In this document: positions 62,954 to 64,000 of the stretch, one piece after another
Numbering within the stretch: position 1 is the first letter of the stretch
Layout of the letters: the number at the start of each line of letters is the position of its first letter
Made by a program: the position numbers and the translations under genes
Source of the DNA: Acidimicrobiia bacterium
Lineage (GTDB): Bacteria; Actinomycetota; Acidimicrobiia; Spongiisociales; ZC4RG35
Assembly (NCBI GenBank): GCA_965203555.1
Contig: CBDBCY010000004.1
Location: forward strand, 2,528,001-2,592,000
Length of the DNA stretch: 64,000 bases
Reading direction: 5' to 3'
The notes under the pieces: generated by a model
What the model was told of the DNA's origin: nothing
Database searches by the model: none
The model's input: the letters and a program-made list of their open reading frames with translations, nothing else

Positions 62954-63935
62954 GGTCGACCACCCGATTCGAGTATCCCCACTCGTTGTCGTACCAGGCC
63001 AGGACCTTTACCAGGTTGGAACCCAGCACCTCGGTACCCCCGGCGTCGAACACGCTGGAATGGGGATTGCCGATTATGTCGGAGGAAACCACCGGCGCCT
63101 CGGTGTATTCGACTATTCCGCGATAGGGACCCGCCGCTTCCTCCCGGACTGTTTCGTTGATTTCCTCGACGGTGACTTCCTCGGACAGTTCCACCACCAG
63201 GTCCACAATGGAGCCGTCGGCCACAGGTACCCGCATCGCCATTCCGTCGAGCTTTCCCTCCAACGCGGGAATGACCTTGCCCACCGCTTTGGCCGCTCCG
63301 GTGGTGGTGGGGATGATGTTCTCGGTGGCCGCCCGGCTGCGCCGCAGGTCTCGGTGGGGAACGTCGGCGAGTCGCTGATCATTGGTGTAGGCGTGAACGG
63401 TGGTCATCAGTCCCCGCTTGATTCGGTAGTGGTCATTGAGGATCTTGGCAATGGGGGCTAGGCAGTTGGTGGTGCAGGAGGCGTTGGAAACGAGGGCGGC
63501 ATCCGGTCCCAGCAGGTGATCGTTCACTCCCAGGACCACGGTCAGGTCCAGGGGATCTTTGGGAGGTACCGTGAGAACCACCCGCTTGGCCCCGGCCTCC
63601 AGGTGCCTGGTCAGGGCCTCACGGGTTCGAAAGACCCCGGTGGACTCCACCACCACGTCGACCCCGAGTTCGGTCCACGGCAGTCTGGCCGGATCGCGTT
63701 CGCACAGCATGTGGATCCGATAACCGCCCACCGCCATTACTCCGGCTGACAGGTTGACTTCTTCCTCCAAGGGCCCCATCACCGAGTCGTAGCGCAACAG
63801 ATAGGCCAACACGTCGTCGTCGGCAAGGTCGTTGACGGCCACCACCTCCAGGTCGGGGAGAGGGCGCTCGATCAGGATGCGCAGCACCGACCGCCCGATC
63901 CTGCCGAACCCGTTGATGGCCACTCTGAATTTCAT
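62922..63935 (-). CDS. gap: Type I glyceraldehyde-3-phosphate dehydrogenase
   Basis: VAINGFGRIGR, SNASCTTNC and WYDNEWGYS motifs. Confidence 0.97.
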   Translation of the reverse strand: MKFRVAINGFGRIGRSVLRILIERPLPDLEVVAVNDLADDDVLAYLLRYDSVMGPLEEEVNLSAGVMAVGGYRIHMLCERDPARLPWTELGVDVVVESTGVFRTREALTRHLEAGAKRVVLTVPPKDPLDLTVVLGVNDHLLGPDAALVSNASCTTNCLAPIAKILNDHYRIKRGLMTTVHAYTNDQRLADVPHRDLRRSRAATENIIPTTTGAAKAVGKVIPALEGKLDGMAMRVPVADGSIVDLVVELSEEVTVEEINETVREEAAGPYRGIVEYTEAPVVSSDIIGNPHSSVFDAGGTEVLGSNLVKVLAWYDNEWGYSNRVVDLIERLAQLAG

Positions 63936-64000
63936 GAGCCGCTCATCCTCTCCAGTACCTCCACGATGCGCTCCGAATACCCCCAACCGTTGTTGTACCA

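Overview
High-GC (roughly 60-65% by eye) actinobacterial chromosome segment, most consistent with Acidimicrobiia. The F420 genes, DUF222-HNH element, cadherin/SLH surface protein and CoxD/CoxE pair fit a sponge- or host-associated lineage, but that is inference. Housekeeping blocks: cdsA-rseP-ispG (no dxr), SDR-cofG-cofH, pyrB-E2-aceB-maeB, a tRNA cluster, tig-clpP-clpX-valS-folC-tRNA-Thr-ndk-mreBCD-mrdA-rodA-rne-rplU-rpmA-obgE-proB, trkAH, coxDE-like and gap. There are two accessory regions: about 8.0-13.4 kb (vapBC, orphan MTase, DUF222-HNH, small ORFs) and an island at about 22.7-38.4 kb abutting tRNA-Lys. The most interesting element is in the island: a candidate phase-variable defence/epigenetic system. 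A gamma-class adenine MTase is frameshifted OFF by a perfect (CT)16 tract between motif I and NPPY, and is coupled to a PLD-nuclease/SNF2 helicase. It is preceded by an ABC-ATPase plus a DUF4276 gene split by IS1634, and bracketed by inverted IS1634 copies. Other oddities: a CofH with a degenerate CofG-like N-terminal half next to an intact CofG, an ISL3-derived MITE carrying a 19/21-nt match to the MTase NPPY codons, a tRNA-like element, a possible c-di-AMP riboswitch remnant, and collapsed toxin-antitoxin relics. No CRISPR array or rRNA was seen. All calls come from motif recognition by eye; no database searches were run.
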